From NCBI GenBank assembly GCA_964035545.1, contig OZ037772.1:4282233-4346232 (forward strand): a stretch of DNA of 64,000 nucleotides, in the 5' to 3' direction. The position numbers were made by a program, and so were the translations under genes. The DNA is from Bugula neritina (lineage: Eukaryota; Animalia; Bryozoa). The notes under the pieces were generated by a model. It saw only the letters and a program-made list of their open reading frames with translations, did not search any database and was not told where the DNA came from. Below are positions 26,601-54,239 of the stretch, piece by piece (position 1 is the first letter of the stretch; every line of letters begins with the position of its first letter).

Positions 26601-29600
26601 ATAAAAATACCATCAAGTGTGCTTTTCCCAAACAGCTTGGGCTGTGGTCATTTTGCACCAGGGTATTTTTTTATACTGGTACTTTTGATTTGCATTTTTT
26701 GAGCATTTAATTTAACATTTTGAAAAAGAAGCTCATGATTCATAAATTTAGCATATGAAATAAAATAATACATGTAATAAAAGCTGCACAGCATTTTTCT
26801 AGAAGCATGCATTTTGCAGTTGAGCTTGCAAAAGTTTATATACGTTATAATGGTGCATATCTCTAAGTTGGTATATACAAGGTAGTAGATGTACCAAATT
26901 TACATCGTCTATTGTTGTGCCTAGTTCTTGCAAAGTTTCTTCTTCAACCTCATAAAGTTCTTCCTCTGTGAAATGATTCTGCTTCTATAAAGTTCTTGCT
27001 TGATTTTCTAGTCTCTGTTTGCTGATGTCAAAACCTTTCTTTTCCTCTCCAGAGTACATATATTCTTTGTCTTTAACCCCTCACTCTGGGGCTACTTTTA
27101 AAGTATCATTTCATGACAGCTTTGTTGTATTCTTTAGACTTTCTTCTTCTAGTTGTGCCAATAACAGGTTAACAACCAGAGGTTGACTGATCCTCCACAT
27201 GCTCACTGCCAGATAAGACATGCCTAACTTGGCTAGACATCCCATTCACATCGCTAGCTTTAGTGATTTTGTTGAAATTCAGCATAGTAAGTTTTAAGAA
27301 TAGTTTGAGGTCTCAATATTATAATAGAACTCAGCAACATAATGTGCAAAGTTTGCTGAAAATGTTTTGCAAAAACTGCAACAGTGAGGTATTGTACCCA
27401 GGATTCTTGGTTTGGAAGACATTATTATTTTAATTATTATAATTAACTATTATTATATTTACCAAAAAATCAAGTTCATTTTTCCGCAAGCTAAGACACA
27501 GTAACAAACTTCATAGCTTTCACATGAGACTATCATCTCTGCCAAAGTGAGATCGCAGTAAGTCTAGGGCTACCTGATATCCATCATCAGAGTTATTTTT
27601 CATATCAAAACCCATCGGCTGTAAAGAGCTACAAGCATTTTTATACTCCAAAATCTACTTAGCCCGTTTATCCCCTTCTACTCCAAATCCTGCATTAAGG
27701 GAAGTAACTATTATACACAACTTAAATTGAGGGAGCCATGAGTTCCAAGATTTGAGTATGTTACTTTCATCCAACTTCGATTTTTGGAAAAGCGTTCAAG
27801 TTGCAGGAGCAATGTTTATAAACATAGTAATGCATGATCAGATTGTCTTATCACAATGGTAAAGGCAGTTATCTCTTGAATATGCATTGGACTCTCAGTT
27901 TCAATATCTGAGCGTCGATCTCTTTCCAAGTTTAATTATAAGTCTATCTTAATTTGAATCTAACGGTATTCCTTTAAAACCTACTTGAAAGCCAACTTTT
28001 TTCAACAAGCCTCTCAACTTCTCAATTTGCCGACGAGACAAACCTCTTCTTTGAATCAAAAAATATATTAAACAATATGGACATCATAAACTGCAATTAA
28101 AGAAAATTGAAACTTGGTGCAATAAAAATAAATTAATTGTAAACATGAGTAAGACAAACTATATGATAATCAAAACAGCGCAAAATAAACAAGATTTAAA
28201 TGACTTTGCCTTAGAAATGTTCAACAAAAAATTATAAGTCGAGGTAAAATCAACTACCTTCTTATATAGGTATTATAATAGATTCACATCTTTCTTGGCA
28301 ACAACATTGCAGCAAACTTTGTCAAAACCTAAGGCCCTTATAGTAGGCTTGATAAGTAAATGTTCCCATCACCTAATTAAAAAATGCTAATGCAAATATA
28401 ATATTATAACTCTTTTGTAAATTCTAAATTAAGGCATTGTCTAGAATCGTGGGGTAATACATTAAATATTTATCTTGAACCATTACATTTACTACAAAAA
28501 AAATACTGAGAATTATATATAAAAAATTGGTTCACTCACAGCAGCTAATTCCTCGGAAAACTTAGCATACTGGTTGGCCATTCCAAGAAAACTTCGTACT
28601 GAGGTTACATTTTTCAGAGTAGGAAAATCTACTATTCCTTGAACTCGAGGGCCAACATGTATACCAGACTGATCTATGACATAACCAAGAAAATTAACAG
28701 ATGGTACTCCAAATTTACATTTGTCTTATTGAGCATAATGCCTGAAGCTTTAAGTTTTTCCAACACTATTGGCAATCTTGTGTCATGTTGCTCCTTGCTC
28801 TCACCAAAAACCAGTATGTCATCCATATGTATAACCACACCATCAACATCCTTCAAAATATTGTTCATTTCAGCAACAAAAATCTCTGGAGCACTGCATA
28901 GGCCTTGAGGCAGTCGCAAATAGCGATATCGTCCAGAATGAGTCAGAAATGTTGTTAGTTTGCTAGATTCTTTGCTTAAAGGAATTTGCCAAAATCCACT
29001 GGTTGCATCAATCTTGGTAAAAAATTTGTCCTTGTCCTAATTGAGCTAAGCTGCTATCTACTGTTGCCATGGGATGGAACTCTCTCAAAATATGCTTGTT
29101 TAACTCTGTATAATCTGTGCAAATTCTCACCTTGTTTTGGCCAGGTTTAGGAACTACTACCATAGGTGCCACCCATGGAGTAGGTTCATCAACTTTAACA
29201 ATTACTCCGTCCTCAATTATTTTCATCAATGCTTCATCTGCTAACTTTCTTCTAGGAAAAGATATGGGTCTGGGAACATGGATAGCAAATGGTTTAGCAT
29301 CTTCTTTCAACGTAATGACATGCTCTGTATTTACTTTCCCCAATCCTTGAAACAGCTTCTCATCAACACACACATTCTCTATTTGGCATTGAGATGAATC
29401 TACAGAGATGAGATTTAGTTTCTCACATGCACTATGGCTAAGCAATGGTGTGGTTTGATCTTGAATAACATAAAGGTCTTCATTTATGCGCTCATTCTTT
29501 GACGTTATCTGGCACTTTATTGTTTCTAAACATGTCAAAAGTGTCTGCCCTGGAGCGTACAATTTTTTGCTAGTTGAGATTAGCTCTCCTGAGATGTGAT

Positions 29601-32600
29601 GTGGACCACATATACTAAGAGATGCACCAGTATCTAATTTAAATTTGATCCTTTGTCCTTTGTGTTTGTTGGTGCTTACTCTGAGATTGGTGTACCAGGA
29701 TTGAGAATCTATAAAGTTAATGAGATGTGTCTCTTCTAAATAAAAATATGTGTCACCTTTTCTGGCTGTACTTCATTAACTCTATTCAAGTTCCTACACA
29801 CTCTGGCCCAGTGGTTAAATTTATTGCATTTCGCACATTTAGTTCTATAAGTTGGACATTTCTGACTTTTGTAATGGCTTTGCCCACATTGCTCACATCT
29901 GTTCTTAGAATGTTTATCATAAGCAACTTCAGAAGGAATTCTTGACTTCCTATTATCGACATTTTGCACTCCGTTCACTTCCTCGGGTTTGGGGTCTGGT
30001 AGCGTTATCGCTTTAGGCCTTGTAGACTTCTCAGCCACTCTCAGTGACTTAATCACAAAATCTAAACTTAGTTTTTCATCAACCTCTTTCATTAGTTTTT
30101 TTCTTTCATTTGAATCATTAATTCCAAAAAGCAGTTTATCTCTTATCATTGAATCTCTTTGATTGCCAAATTCACAACCTTCCGCCAGCCTTCGCAATTT
30201 CATCAAGTTTACATCAATTGTATTTTCACTCTGGCTACTGTTATGAAATTGAAATCTATTCAGCACAATACTAGTGCGAGGATTACAGTACTCATGAAAA
30301 CACCTAATTACATCTTTTAGCTTTCTCCAAGCAACACCCTTTTCAATATCAGTAATTTCTCCACTAACCTCTAGATGAAATTTCATTTGAGAATAAATTT
30401 CACGTACATCTTCACCACCACAATGTCTGAATAAGGCTAATTTCCTTTTTTCTGCGGCTCTTAAGTTAACAGTAAGGTCTATTGCTTGCAAATAATCCTC
30501 AAATAACCTAATCCAACGCCGCCATTCTCCTGACACATCTTCTGCCCTTAAATTCAATTTTTCAGGTGGTGAAATGCCTTCCATCTTTTAAACTAACCAT
30601 CAAATTACGCTGCCACCATGTTTTATTCTCTTGATGTCTATTTATCTAGATATTATTAGTGGATTAGTTTTCATCTTCAAATTTTTTTAATCAAGCACTA
30701 CAGTTAGTCAAACAGGAAGTGACTATATTTTTTAAAAACAGAACAATAATTGATCAGCTAAAGCATCAATCAAAGGTAACTCCAAGTTTACATAAACTGT
30801 GTAAATATTAGAACACCTTTCCCCATCGAAACCACTGTTTTTTAGTTCTTCAATTATGCCTATTCACACTCTACGCACATTCAAACTATTACTGCTCTCA
30901 CATAAACTTTACTACTCTCAACTAACACATCTCACACATAACTATCCCAGAATATTTTCAGAGTTCAGCCTACAAACTCCTCCATCATCAACTGCTGCAG
31001 GTCAACGAAGGATAGAATTCCAATGTCATCACTGTGGAATAAATTGCGAAGTTCGATTCGTGCTGTGGAGAGGGAGGCTAATTTTAAACTTGCCCTAAGA
31101 GACCACATAATGGCAAAATTCCAATTGACATAAAAGAAATAATACTCTTTGAGTTGCTCAAGTTTTACAAAGAACTATAAAAATTTTATATAACAGAAAA
31201 CAATACGCTGACTGTCAACCATCGACTATAGCTGCAGTGCTATTGCTCCATGGGCCTTGTCATTTTGTGTATTTTCCTCAACTGTATGTATTTTTTCGTC
31301 TGCGACAAAATAAAACAAACAAAACAAAAAAAAACTCTTTTTACTATAATATAAACCTCTTCAATATCTAGCCGACTGCGCTACGTAGGATTAGCCCACA
31401 CACCAGGTTCACTCTGGAATACAAGTCTTCAGCTGTTCACATGAAATTCAGTTCACAGCTATAATCGCAAAGCTAATTTTTACCAAAAGCTATGGTGTCA
31501 TAACCATAATCACAACAGAACCCTAATCCTATAAGTTTGCGCTTCTGTTGCATGTGACACAGTGACATTATTGTTTGGAAGCTGTGACTCAGCACATCCT
31601 GTTGAAATGGGATATAATTTAATAATGGATGGTAATATTTTTCACACAGAGAGGGAGGCAGAAATCCATGACATGGCATCTTTGAGTGATTTGTCTTGTG
31701 AGTTGCGAGAAAGTCTGACTGATGGAATAAAGACTCTGTCTGAGAAAGTTGCAGAGTTGAATGAAATCTCGAAAGATGCCTGGAATGAACTGAGCAAAAT
31801 CGAAGATCAAGTAAAAGAGATGGTTGCCAGAGTAAACGCTGTAGCTGATGCTCAGGTATGCTGACATGAGATTTATGTTTTGTGTTTTTTTTAGTTTATT
31901 ATTCACAAAAAGTCTGGGGGTATTTGCTTTTTGTTTGAAGACAGAATTTCCAGTAGACTACCTCAGTTTTATTTAAAAGTCAGCTGCCTTTAAACCGAAA
32001 CCGTGACATTTGGAAAATGACATTTGGAAAATGAAGAATATTCAACATGGCCTAGTCCAGAGGGGGTGTTTAATATCTAGTCGAGTTCAAAAACCTTTAT
32101 GTAAATGTGGACAATTTTAAGTTAGAACTACTCGGTAACTAATTTTACTTCTATGATAGCTAAACTGATTCGGCCATCCATTATATTTATTTCTAAAAGC
32201 TATTTTTGAATAGACCAGATGCCGGACAAACCTTCAGAACTAGACCATGTTGAATATTTTTCATTTTCCAAATGTTACTTTCCAAATGTCTATTTTCCAA
32301 GTGTCCACGTTCTAATTTTCCATTTTCCAAATAGGTGTTTTTCAAATGTCATTTTCAAAATGTCGTGTTACCCTTTACACCATTACTATTCTGTGTACAA
32401 GTAGCGGAAGTCATTCATCACATGTTACTCAGTGCAGAAGAACTTGTCAATACAAGTGACCCACTCATCCTTCTGTAACTGTCAATCACCCACAGAGACA
32501 GGTTGGCTGGGTGAGTGATTGACAGGTGTCAGGAGGAGGAGACTAGTCACGTGATGTACTAGCTGTACCTTCGCTAAAGAATGTCACATGACTGACCCAG

Positions 32601-35600
32601 CTTTTATTTTTGTTTCAAGTGTAGAGGTTTTGAGGTGCAGATGTGTTTATAACGTCTTACTATTTATTAGATAGAAGAGATTAGAAAAAAAGCTACGAAC
32701 CTGAGGCTAGAAATATATGAATACTTGAAAAGCTGCACACAGACGGTGGATAATTATAGAATAGAGCTGGCTTTGAGCAAGACATTGGGCAGACAGTCTC
32801 TGCTGGACACAGTACAGCATGCAATTGATAGGTTCAATGATGCAGGGATTGTGAGAGACTACAAAGAGATGAGTGAGAAGATGGAAGATGCTACAGATAT
32901 TGGTGTAATAGAGAAGTGTGTGCTCCCAAACAGCATCTTGGTACCCACACGTAGGTGGAGTCTATAAATAGTCACACTAACTATAAGTAGCATGTCAACT
33001 TTAGATTACTAGTTCATTATGTATAGGTGAGCTGCTAAACTTTGTTACGCTGACTACTTGCTTTCAGTATTAACTGAGGCACATGGCTGTATATAAACTT
33101 GTGTATTTTATGTTGAGTGTCTGAGTGTGTGTCAGCTCTGCGACAGGTTATTTGCTTTGTGTTTAAAAACCTGTTCCCACCTCTTCAGGAGATGAGATTC
33201 CCAAGTTATAGAATTTCTATTTTATTATTGTAGTTAATGAAGACAGTCTGGGACTGAAGCTGCTGCAGGCACCAGCTTCTCTACAGTCAGATGGACTTCC
33301 TGTATTCGACTGGTGTGCATCAATAAACATCTCAGCTGAGGGACATTTGATGTGTGGGACAGGAGGCGGTATGGACGTAATCAATAGAGACACTCTGGAT
33401 ACTATCAGCTCAGTGAAGAACACAAACACCACAAAGTGGGAGGAGATAATCCAACCTGAAGGAGTTATGGTTGGCAGCTGGTTTAACAAAGAGGAAAAAA
33501 CAGCTGAAGTGTCATTTCTCAATCCGGAGACTTTTGAAAAGTCTCACTGTCTCTACAAGCGCTCAGTAGATCTACCCAGAGCCTTCAGAATAGCTCAGCA
33601 CTTCTCTTCAGTCTATATTGTAGACAGGAGAGAAAAACAGTTAGTAGTCTATAATCTAGTTGACAATAAAATACAGAAGTTTCCAATTCTGGGCATGAAG
33701 TACCCTCACTCTGTATGCATCCTCCCAGACTCAACTCTCCTCATAGGAGACAGGGCTGAAGATGGTAAAGTGAGCAGATATAAAGTGGAGAACACAACTC
33801 TCACTCTAATATGGAAAGTTTCTCACATCTCAATGCCATCTGGTATTTCCTTTGATCCAACATCTGAACTGATTCACATCTGTACATGGGATGGACCTCT
33901 CCTCATCCTCTCGCTTGAAGGTAAATACTCTGTTTATAATAGTAAGTTTAGTTATTTTATTACAACCTTGCCTTAAGCTTATTCTGATAATATTGTATGC
34001 TATATTATGGTACTGTTAGTAAATATTTGACTCTGAGGCTAATATACAGTAATTAGTGTTTCATGTAAGTGTTTCACAATAATTTTAGAGGTGCTCAGTC
34101 TTACAACTGTACAGACTGCTAGCTACACATGAGTTATGAGTTGTAATTTACTTCAGTCTAGTGCTGCTATTGCTTTGGTCATTAGATAATTTAAATATAA
34201 ATAATTTGATACTTTTTGACTGCCATTACCGAGATTATTGTAATTTGATGATGGCTGGTAGAGGTGGTGGTGGGACTCAGGTGGCTGTGATTGGTTCCTG
34301 CCTATAATCATTTAATATGTTATAATGTTGGAGTATATCATACTATACGTACTTATTTATAATTATATTCGCTGAACACTACGTTTCTACCATGAGTTTC
34401 TTCTTTCCATGTTGTCATTTATTATGAAGCAGGCAGTGCTACAGCAGTTCATTGAATTATATATTACTGACTGGCATAACTTTATTATCTTCAATATAAT
34501 CTGCTTATTTCCGTATTTAAAAGAAATACTTCTGAAAATTGTGCAGCTGCAGGGATATAATTGAACATATTTCTGTCACTACACTAGAAAGTAAAAACTG
34601 TCTTGTACGGCGCTTGCAGAAGTCTGGAATATTTAGATTAAAATCAAACATTTCAAACTTTAAGAAATATGGCTTTATTTTGAGTTTCATTTTTAGAGCA
34701 AGAAATGTAGCAAAACAGGAAAATAAATTATATTTGGATGTTATTAATATCAAATTTTGTTATTAGGAAGTAACCAAATGGGAATTATTAGGAATTAACC
34801 AGTATTTGTTGCCATGACCCCCTGTTTGAAATTATGATTAGGCATTGACTCAACAAGATTATCGAAGTACTCAGCTGTATGAGTTTCTTACCAAAATATT
34901 TTTCATTTTTGCCACCAAGTCAATGTATGACTCATGGTTGGTTTTAAACACTATTGCTTTTTCAACATTTAATAGAGTTTTCTGTGATATTAAATTAAGC
35001 TTTTGAACTGACCAGTGCAATGTGCATATATATTTATCACAGAACTGCATGCAGATGACTGGCAATGTTCTTAGTCCACATTACTTGCCTATACAAGCTA
35101 ATTTATAGGCTCTGAGTTCTATTTTAAGTATAAATTTACTTAGATCATGATGTCTAATTGTTCAAGCTGACACTTTCTTAGTTAGATTTAGTGTAGAAAT
35201 TTTATCTGGTAGAGTGTTTGGTCACCATACATGAAATCCTGCAGAGTGTCTGTGGCCGACCTTATAAGTAGCCTATACTATTTTGAGTTTGGCCCTTTAA
35301 TCAGCACTGAGACATTCATTCTTTTTTTTAAAGATTTAGACACATCTTCTTGTGATACTGCAAGGTGCTTAGTGATTTCTATTTGTTTAAAGCCTCTCAA
35401 ACTCATTCGCTCCAAAACTGCTCTTTCTTCGGTGAAAGCTCAGCCATGCAGTTTAGCTGTTACCTCCAAAATAGGAGTTGTACACTATATTGCAACAATC
35501 AATACCATGTCATATATATTTTTTTTACTGCATAAAATAGCAAGCTATAAAGATATGCAATGAAAACCCACTTTTAATCTTGCTAGAGCGGTTTAAATTT

Positions 35601-35827
35601 GACCAACATATTCCAGACTTTTTGCCGGCATGTATTGTAGTCTGTCTTTTTGTCTCAAACTAATACAATCTAATGTCATTCTGTTTACAGGTGAGCTGAT
35701 GGTAACAATTCCCAGAGAAAGTCTCGGTGTGAGTGACAGGGTGTGGGGCATTGCTGCCTATAACAAAGAAAAGGTGTTTCTAGCATGTAGAGATGATGGA
35801 CTGAGGAGATACACAATAAAATACTAA
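20452..35827 (+). CDS. TRIM/RBCC-like E3 ligase with NHL-like beta-propeller, copy B (620 aa); join(20452..20633,20915..21095,21292..21481,31650..31855,32671..32950,33234..33920,35691..35827)
   Basis: All introns GT-AG, phases 2,0,1,0,1,1 give an open 1863-nt frame. Exon lengths match copy C. AATAAA at 36069. Confidence 0.88.
20915..21095 (+). CDS. Copy B exon 2: linker plus B-box1-like motif
   Basis: KGYYDITDPTTLPV...CDVCKGGTEAAVFCVEVQKRLCQQHQE; ttttag acceptor, GTGAGT donor. Not in the supplied ORF track. Confidence 0.85.
21292..21481 (+). CDS. Copy B exon 3: B-box2-like motif
   Basis: CEHHKQEQLTEVCSKCHQIFCMRC; atacag acceptor, G|GTATTT donor. Confidence 0.87.
21600..21950. repeat. Dispersed repeat, inverted copy of ~1850-2125
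   Basis: Shared blocks such as cgcttcagtgaac and acaagtagg(c/t)aac(c/a)cgcatgcc. Family unidentified. Confidence 0.6.
21977..22165 (+). repeat. Fragment of the Helitron-like repeat also present at 48843-49015 (inverted)
   Basis: Long shared tracts, e.g. tgttgtaatgttatgtaatttgca, tactttgtaattgtgttctcctgtt, gctagatgtactgaataaatat. Confidence 0.7.
22997..23196 (+). mobile_element. tRNA-derived SINE
   Basis: A-box-like gtgatctaggggttag, B-box ggttcaaaccc (23050-23060), followed by a non-tRNA body. Confidence 0.6.
23235..25918 (+). mobile_element. Decayed, internally deleted Gypsy LTR element
   Basis: RT remnant (WSSPVVLV..., DYCKLN, DAYPLPRI, LDLLSGY*QV) at ~23830-24275 with stops. 3' LTR ~25522-25918 is homologous to 45149-45593. 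Candidate TSD ctat, but the 5' end does not match the 3' LTR. Confidence 0.75.
27470..27790 (-). pseudogene. Gypsy gag-like remnant
   Basis: Translates to ..NILKSWNSWLPQFKL.. and YQVALDLLRSHFG..KFVTVS*, resembling Gypsy Gag N-termini; contains stops and frameshifts. Confidence 0.4.
28085..28530 (+). mobile_element. LINE (CR1/L2/Crack group) ORF2 C-terminal fragment
   Basis: IETWCNKNKLIVNMSKTNYMII, YIGIIIDSHLSWQQH, CLESWGNT...LQKK.LRII. Confidence 0.75.
28540..30630 (-). mobile_element. Truncated Gypsy (Mag-like) element: PBS, gag, protease, RT with frameshifts
   Basis: Gag 29736-30584 (EWRRWIRLFE, CEFG..IRD, two CCHC knuckles); KFKLDTGAS; WVAPMVVVPK..RICTDYTELN; HMDDILVFG. PBS tggtggcagcg (30608-30618, tRNA-Leu-like) directly after the LTR end ...aataaaaCA. 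Confidence 0.9.
29736..30584 (-). pseudogene. Gypsy gag ORF (282 aa) of the truncated element
   Basis: CEQCGQSHYKSQKC and CAKCNKFNHWARVC knuckles; the downstream pol is disrupted. Confidence 0.85.
31650..31855 (+). CDS. Copy B exon 4: coiled coil
   Basis: EREAEIHDMASLSDLSCELRESL...VNAVADAQ; cacag acceptor, CAG|GTATG donor. Confidence 0.87.
31995..32372. mobile_element. Small foldback/MITE with repeated catttggaaaa motifs
   Basis: Left gacatttggaaaatgacatttggaaaatgaagaatattcaacatgg is inverted at right (ccatgttgaatatttttcattttccaaatg...gtcattttcaaaatgtc). Absent from the equivalent intron of copy C. Confidence 0.65.
32671..32950 (+). CDS. Copy B exon 5: coiled coil/linker
   Basis: IEEIRKKATNLRLEIYEYLKSC...NSILVPT; tattag acceptor, C|GTAGGT donor. 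Confidence 0.87.
33234..33920 (+). CDS. Copy B exon 6: NHL-like beta-propeller
   Basis: Blade-like motifs VYIVD..KQLVVYN, PHSVCILPDSTLLIGD, PSGISFD..SELIHIC; ttgtag acceptor, AG|GTAAAT donor. Confidence 0.88.
34608..35632 (-). mobile_element. Tc1/mariner deletion derivative
   Basis: TA-flanked TIRs sharing the aagtctggaatat core. Minus-strand HTH remnant (ELSPKK..GFKQIEITKHLAVSQEDVSKSLK) and GRPQ motif. Empty site visible in paralog D near 62190. Confidence 0.75.
35691..35827 (+). CDS. Copy B exon 7: last propeller blade
   Basis: GELMVTIPRESLGVSDRVWGIAAYNKEKVFLAC...YTIKY*; ttacag acceptor. Confidence 0.87.
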
Positions 35828-37663
35828 ACTTATCAGCTACAGTTTACTAATAATCAGCTCAGTGAAGTCACTACACACCTATAATACATGTTAAATGTAA
35901 TCTACTGTATTGTATTCTACTTACAGTGTAATATGCTGCTTCAGTATAATAATATATCTTCTACATGACTTACACTGCTTATATTCAGTATTTGATGTTG
36001 ATTATCAACTATTATGTAACATAAATTTACTCTGCTATGTTGTCAACATTCTGTAGTCACATTTACTCAATAAAGTTTGTAAAATTTTTATGACTGGTTT
36101 ATGACTTATCTATATACTTACTTAGTCATCATAATTTAAACATACTTTTATAATGTTAGCTGTCTCAATATAAATGTGTTTATGTCCACAGCGCATCAAA
36201 CAAACCCATACGCAATTAATTGTTTGTGTTCCATAAAGCACAAATTTCTACATACCCACTGAGTCATAACAATTAAACTAGTCTTTTCTCATAACAAGAA
36301 CTCTTTTACTGGAGAGGTAAATATAAATGTGTTTCAGCTCGACATGAGTCTAGTTACTTCTTCATAAAGTAGTAGCTGTATATAACTTGATAGTTTACAT
36401 GACTGGTACAGAGTAGATCAAATATTCCCGCAGATATGCATTTCATAAGTCATGTGTATAAAAAGATTCACTGCAGTAATTTCTTAGCAGGTTTCTCCTG
36501 CAATAGTTTATTAAAAGTCTCAAAAACTACAAGTATAAAAAAAAAATTGTGTGGACAAATGTCCCAGTATGAAAGAGTTGTGAATTGCTGGTAAAAGACA
36601 ACTCCAACCCCACCATACATAAAGTTAAGGGTCTAACTGCATACCAAACTCAGTACTGATGCAAGACAACTCCAATGATTTAAATTAGGCTTACTTTGTA
36701 AACTTTACAATATAGCTGCACCATGCAAAAATTGCCCCACAATGCCTACCAACATATGTTCTACTCCAACCTTTAACGTGACGTACATTATGACTGTAAG
36801 ACAGCATTGCATTGCTAAACTTGGTGCACAAGTTACTCCACTGTAAGTTCTCTCTACCTTGCATCTAATTCACTAGCATCTATATTTGTTTATAAAATAA
36901 TATCTCTAGCCTCAGCCAGCAATTAGTTTGCTTCATTGTTTTCCATTCAAGAAGCAGAACACTAGATACATAAAGAGAATTGTAATAAAGCACCAAACTG
37001 TAGATAACTAAGTGATTCAGTCTTTAATAAAACTAATAATATCAATATAAATAATCAACTGTATCCCATTATATTTTATGGAAATGTGATACCAGAATCG
37101 TGTATTATATTTTACATATAAAAAGCCCACAACACTGTTCATAGTGCCAGATGAAGTATACAAATAATCTATAGCCAATGCAAAGGTTGTCAGATATGTT
37201 AGCCATTAAAGGATATGTACTATTAACTATATTATATACATACAAACATTGATACTGCTTGAATACATTTACCTGCTATATTATGTATTTCAGATCTTGA
37301 TACTCACTATGCCAATTGTAAATAGAGAGAATATTTAATGATTACTCCACAATGTAAACATTCTAAGCTGAAAACTACATCCACAATTTCACATACTGAT
37401 AATTTATTTCTTTAGCAATGTCAGTGTTTTCATAGCAACAAATTTCGACAAAGTAGACTTTGGTTCCTGTTGTTTTGCCTACATACGAGCAAAAGGGGGG
37501 TTCTCTGAAAGCTCGATATTCTTGAGATGTACCTAATCCTCATCTATTCTCCCCCCTGCATATGCTCTGTCTATCTCATCCTATTAAACAGATCAATATC
37601 AGAGCATATATATCAGAGTAGTATAATATGTAGTGTATATAATATAGTACATGTTATATACAT

Positions 37664-38102
<439 letters not shown>

Positions 38103-38349
38103 TGTCTTCTATAATAATATAATATTTGTATTATATAATAGAATACCAACTCATATTGTGTTACTAATTTAATGCTATTCACTTGAAGTAAGCTCTTTTG
38201 TTTATTCTGCATTGAATATCAGTATTTCAAGTCTCTGCTGTGAATGCTATTCTAATTGATTGTTTAAATCCATTCATCTAGTGAATATATGGAATGTAAA
38301 AACACAAGAGGCAGGTTCTATAATTAATTTTCTATACCTAAACAAATAC

Positions 38350-38460
38350 AGGTCATGTGACTGAGTAGTCAGCATTTGGCAGTCATCCAGCTTACTGTGT
38401 ACAAGTTCTCCTAGCAGCTCTTGACAACATAAAGTAAGAAATATCAGTTCAACACCTGAG
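38350..38460 (+). promoter_or_regulatory. Putative promoter / non-coding first exon of copy C
   Basis: Conserved among copies A, C and D. GTCATGTGAC E-box; ends GAG|GTGAGT. An acceptor sits 22 nt before the ATG (39978). Confidence 0.55.
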
Positions 38461-40000
38461 GTGAGTAATATAACCATATTATATCAGTGTTCATATTGAT
38501 GTAATGGCTGATGGTGTGGTAATTGCATAACTATTCAGTACATCAACTTATTTAGTTGACTTTCTCAAGGTACTCATCTCTACATCACTTATGTTTTATG
38601 GGAAAATCCTATACTTGTTGATAAAACAAATTATTCTTCAAATATATTGTTTCCGTAATGTAGAAGAGTTTTGAGCATTACACACAGATATAGTTGACTT
38701 TCTCAGGGTACTCATCTCTACGTCACTTGAGTCTTCATGAGAAAACCCAAGTAAATTATGGAGACACAATATGCTTTATGTAATGCGAGCAGTTTTGGGC
38801 AATAAAACATAGATCTTGGTAATTTTGAGTAGCTGTTGCTATATTGGCTAAATTCTCATTGGTTATATTATATGGACAGAGAGGTTTAAGTAGTTATATA
38901 TATATATTTCAAAATTAGTTGTTTAGTATAAATTATTACACAGCTAAAGTTACACGTTACACATTGAGTACACATGCAGAGCAGGGCACTCTGACTACAT
39001 CACACACTCTAGCTTAATAACTAATATATTTAACTATATATTTGCATATATTTTTGTGGCTCAAAAATGTTTAAGTTAATGCACTGTAGCTTCCAAGCAA
39101 ACTTCTCACGAAAGACAGGATTTCCTAGCAGGTTCTGTTATATAATTTGCGTTGGAGTAAAGCTGAACACAAATATAATATTATGATACTTATTCTTACT
39201 GCAGCCAAAAATTTAATTCAATTTATAGGATGAATATCTAGTTACACTGTTATAGTTAATACTAGCACAGAGTGGCTTTGTAAACTAATAAAATAATGTA
39301 TCTCAAAGTGGAAGAACAATGAAAACGTATCGTATTTTAGGTGGAATATAACTTGAATACAAACATAGTAGATAAGTATATTAAAATATGTGTACATGAA
39401 ATATTCAACTGATTATAGGATAATTATAACCATATAAAATGAGTCTAGTTTTACTAAAAAATAAGAGTGTATTATGATTTTAAAACACTTTCGAACTAAA
39501 TACTGCAATCAGCTGAAAGTAAGTGCTGTTCGTTCATACAAAACCCTTTTAATAATTGCTCTGGAGTAATGCATAACTCAGTAGTGTTCATGTTTAAACT
39601 TCTCCTTTACATATTAGAAACACTTGATTAGTGATGTTCAATAGAAGTAGAATAAAAGTTTTCACTGAAGCACACAGCATTGCTTCATATTTATTGTATA
39701 TGGAGTTTGAGTCACCAGCAATAACCTATTCAGTGATTACAATGGAAACAATAGAGCCTTTGTTAGACAGTTGAAGCTGTGAGCTCAGCATAATGTAGCC
39801 ATTTAATGCAGCTGACTATTTGTATATCAGAGTTATCACTAGTCTATGTTCAAATAACTTCTCATGTCTGTCTGTGTGCATGGTTTGTGGTTGTGAACTT
39901 GACTGGTTTAGGATAAAAGATAACTCATCCCAGATGTACTGTTAAATATTATTATGCTAAAAGTATGTCTTTTAAAAGGTCAGTGGCTCATATAACCAAG

Positions 40001-53723
<13,723 letters not shown>

Positions 53724-54010
53724 ACGCATCAGCTCAGTGAGGTGCTGAGAGATAGAATGAATATATAATTGCGATCACTGACTGTACATAATAGCAACAT
53801 ACTTATGTTTATTACTGTTTATCAATACACACACTCAGGAGTCAGGGATAATATATTGTGTGCGTTACATGAAGTATTTCATGTTGATTAGTAATAATTA
53901 CAGTTATATATCAAATAATTCACTGAACCTAGAGATTGTTACCAATAGATTACATAATAAAGTGTATTTCTTAGTTTAGAAACTATGTATATCATTTTGT
54001 AAACTTATAT

Positions 54011-54237
<227 letters not shown>

Positions 54238-54239
54238 TT

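Noticed and set aside
20452-35827. Assigning a named ortholog (TRIM2/3/32/45/56/71)
   Set aside because: Architecture is only generally similar, no filamin repeat is evident and the propeller is highly divergent; orthology needs a phylogeny.
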